Part shown: piece after piece, positions 61,898-64,000 of the stretch | How the letters are laid out: the number at the start of each line of letters is the position of its first letter | Numbering within the stretch: position 1 is the first letter of the stretch | DNA from: Nitrosopumilus sp. | Lineage (GTDB): Archaea; Thermoproteota; Nitrososphaeria; Nitrososphaerales; Nitrosopumilaceae | Length of the DNA stretch: 64,000 nucleotides | Assembly: GCA_965214775.1 (NCBI GenBank) | Contig: OZ243974.1 | Location: 352,001-416,000 of the forward strand | Reading direction: 5' to 3' | Notes under the pieces: generated by a model | Told to the model about the DNA's origin: nothing | Database searches by the model: none | Seen by the model: the letters and a program-made list of their open reading frames with translations, nothing else | Made by a program: the position numbers and the translations under genes

Positions 61898-62889
61898 TTT
61901 ACCGCCGACAAGCTGTTAAAGACGGGCAACAGCTCATCAAGCGTGTGATAACGTGAATTTACGCCCATCGACGTATGTTCATCATGATGGAAGCTGATGC
62001 CTGCACGATAATGATTCAGGGCATTTCCGCCCTCAAATGCACTTACCGTTTTCCCGTCATGCGTCATCTCCCTGAAGCCCTCCCCGTAGTTGCCGGGCTG
62101 GGAACCAAAAACTTCTTTGATATATTCTATCTCATCTTCAATCTCGTCAAGAGGAACAACGCTATACTCGGCCCAAACCCTAAATCCCTCGGAGAACTTC
62201 AATTCATAGTTGGTCACGTTTTCGTTTAATACAAAGGTAGTTGGAACAAACTGTATCCTCAGCTTGCAGTCACCTGAAGGGTAGCAAGTATTGTCTGCAT
62301 ACAGCAACCGCTGCCCATCAGGAATGTATGTGGGCATCCAGTCCTCAATATGGAACCCTACTCTGGGGGTTATGGAGTATTTTTCATGCTGTGTTGCAGA
62401 CAGTCTTATCAGGTTGTCGGGGCCGACATCGTCGGGGGTTATGTCACTGTCCATGATATTTTCATAGTAGGGCCACGGGGGAGGGTATCTTGCAAGTGTG
62501 GATCTTTTGATCTCCCGCCCGTCATCGACGAACTCCACGGGAGACGAGGCACTCAGCACCACAAATCCGTCGACTTCTCCGGCATCGGGGCCGTCGATGT
62601 TGCTGCCGTGCCCGGCTTTTGCCGCCTCCGGCAGCTGCAGGTCATGGCGTTCTGCTGCCTGTGCTACCGGCACCCATCCCTTTTGCAGCAGTTTTTGCAC
62701 CGAGCCCTCACTGACGCAGGCAGGCGTTCCGCGCGTGGTCTCCATCAGCGTCTTTGAATCCCGGCACTGTATCTCCTCTAGCGCGATACCGCTTTGAAAT
62801 TGTTTGTAGGGAGTGTCAGTTTCTGCAAATGCAGGCATTGCAGATAATCCGATTGCCAGGAACAGTCCCAGTAGCGTCTTGTAGATCAC
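61894..62889 (-). CDS. Secreted protein with the thaumarchaeal P.KQ..SG..IQC..PACV..KL..KGW motif
   Basis: Signal peptide AMPAFA|E; ATGA overlap with the downstream gene. Confidence 0.85.
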   Translation of the reverse strand: MIYKTLLGLFLAIGLSAMPAFAETDTPYKQFQSGIALEEIQCRDSKTLMETTRGTPACVSEGSVQKLLQKGWVPVAQAAERHDLQLPEAAKAGHGSNIDGPDAGEVDGFVVLSASSPVEFVDDGREIKRSTLARYPPPWPYYENIMDSDITPDDVGPDNLIRLSATQHEKYSITPRVGFHIEDWMPTYIPDGQRLLYADNTCYPSGDCKLRIQFVPTTFVLNENVTNYELKFSEGFRVWAEYSVVPLDEIEDEIEYIKEVFGSQPGNYGEGFREMTHDGKTVSAFEGGNALNHYRAGISFHHDEHTSMGVNSRYHTLDELLPVFNSLSAVK

Positions 62890-63386
62890 TGGTTTTTCAT
62901 AAAAGGGATTCTATAAAAGTGATCCCTGCAATCTAGTCGTAAGTTATGCCCCATCAACGGATCAGATCTGGTTGTTGCGTAATTCCACTTGATTGATTTC
63001 TACAACATCAGTCTTCCCAGAAGTTACCCACAAGACGGCTCCAAACCTGAAATAACACAGATCAGACTGCCTGCAGGCCCGCATGTAGCCACCTGCACCG
63101 CCATGAGTCTGGCACATCCGGGAGACTGACTTAACAGTCCCATTCATAAAATCCCGCCAAACGACAGTGAACACGGCAAAATACCAAACGCAGATTACAC
63201 AGAACCTTGTAACTATTTTTTATTTATTAGATCTACCGACATTTCCCAAGGAGAATCATCTACCGTAAACTTCCCAGTTCCTCACGCAAAGAAAGTATAA
63301 AGCGATGGAATGTCTAGTAGATACGTCTGACTGAACAACGCACACTCGCAGCGGCCCGTGCAGGGAATCAGCATAATTTGATATGG

Positions 63387-63567
63387 GAGTTTACCCCTCA
63401 GGCGACACTGCTGGTCGGAGCCTTGATCACCGTGCCTACCACGTCGTATTTTCTGGAGGGGGTGAGATCTTACTGGCTGTGGTACAAATTTGCCCCTTGG
63501 GCAGCACTGCCAGCTATGGCCTTCAGGACCATGCCCCCGCGCCGTATCTTCCAAAGTGGGTAAATTC
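63387..63567. repeat. Two tandem degenerate copies of the 83-bp family B repeat
   Basis: GAGTTTACCCCTCAGGCGACACTG... and AAATTTGCCCCTTGGGCAGCACTG...GGGTAAATTC. Confidence 0.7.
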
Positions 63568-63684
63568 TTACTGCAGGTTCGGCCTGCCGTGATCGCGTGC
63601 AGGATGTAATACGTGCTACGGGCGTCCTATGGCAGACCGTGCCGGGCGCTACATTGCAGGAGTTGCCCTGCGGTGATCGGCAGT

Positions 63685-64000
63685 TCAGCCCCGCAGCCGT
63701 CTTGCGGCGACGATGGCGGCCACAGGAGCTGCTACATACATGCCGATATTCAGGGCAATAACCGAGGCGCCCAGCGCCAGCACCGAGGACTCTGAGCCCT
63801 CCTCTGCAAGCGACATTATCGACAGCGTCGAGATCATCGGGGATATGGCAATCCTTACGGCCTCGCGAAATACCGGGCTCTGGCGCTCCAGGTCGGCTAT
63901 CGCAGGTGAGAACGAGTAGTATACAGAGTTGAATCCGGCAACAAACGAGGAGCCCGAGTCAGTAGAGAGCAACGTACCGTCGCGTATCTCCCTGAGTGCC
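63685..64000 (-). CDS. CFI-box-CTERM domain protein (C-terminus; 5' end beyond window)
   Basis: LREIRD.TLLST.SG.SF..GFN..YYSFSP.IAD.ER.SPVFRE.V..ALNIGMYVAAP. Confidence 0.9.
   Translation of the reverse strand, partial: ALREIRDGTLLSTDSGSSFVAGFNSVYYSFSPAIADLERQSPVFREAVRIAISPMISTLSIMSLAEEGSESSVLALGASVIALNIGMYVAAPVAAIVAARRLRG

Larger units (their letters stand above)
53125..63281 (-). mobile_element. 10,157-bp IS6-family cargo transposon
   Basis: 50-bp TIRs (53125-53174, 63232-63281; 48/50 identical); TSD TCACGCAA at 53117-53124 and 63282-63289. Confidence 0.93.
51648..63389 (+). mobile_element. IS110-family element (~1476 bp when reconstituted), split by two nested insertions
   Basis: The transposase rejoins in frame after removing both insertions; GAG occurs at both putative junctions (51645-51647, 63387-63389). 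The left boundary is inferred. Confidence 0.8.

Noticed and set aside
53125-63281. Casposon
   Set aside because: No Cas1 or PolB; the transposase and 8-bp TSD are IS6-type.

Overview
The window looks like chromosome from an ammonia-oxidising archaeon (Nitrosopumilaceae-type Thaumarchaeota), probably host-associated. The core backbone has an 11-gene nuo operon without nuoEFG, a rpl21e-rpoF-DUF655-rsmA-HemK cluster, three tRNAs and a CFI-box-CTERM protein. Accessory content is dense: a >4300-aa LVIVD/DUF5011 surface protein running off the left edge, several MITE families, two three-gene HEPN cassettes, an AbiE toxin-antitoxin pair, an SNF2-SWIM pair with Dnd remnants, and an IS481. The main discovery is a nested structure at 51.6-63.4 kb. 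An IS110 element with a candidate four-guide bridge RNA, apparently targeting a dispersed 83-bp repeat, is interrupted by a 93-bp MITE and by a 10,157-bp single-transposase IS6-family cargo transposon. That transposon has 50-bp TIRs, a perfect 8-bp TSD and a SWIM-finger transposase, and carries an R-M system and a secreted adhesin/peptidase-like cassette. All family calls come from reading motifs by eye. A frameshift in the core gene nuoM suggests some 1-bp indels could be sequencing errors.
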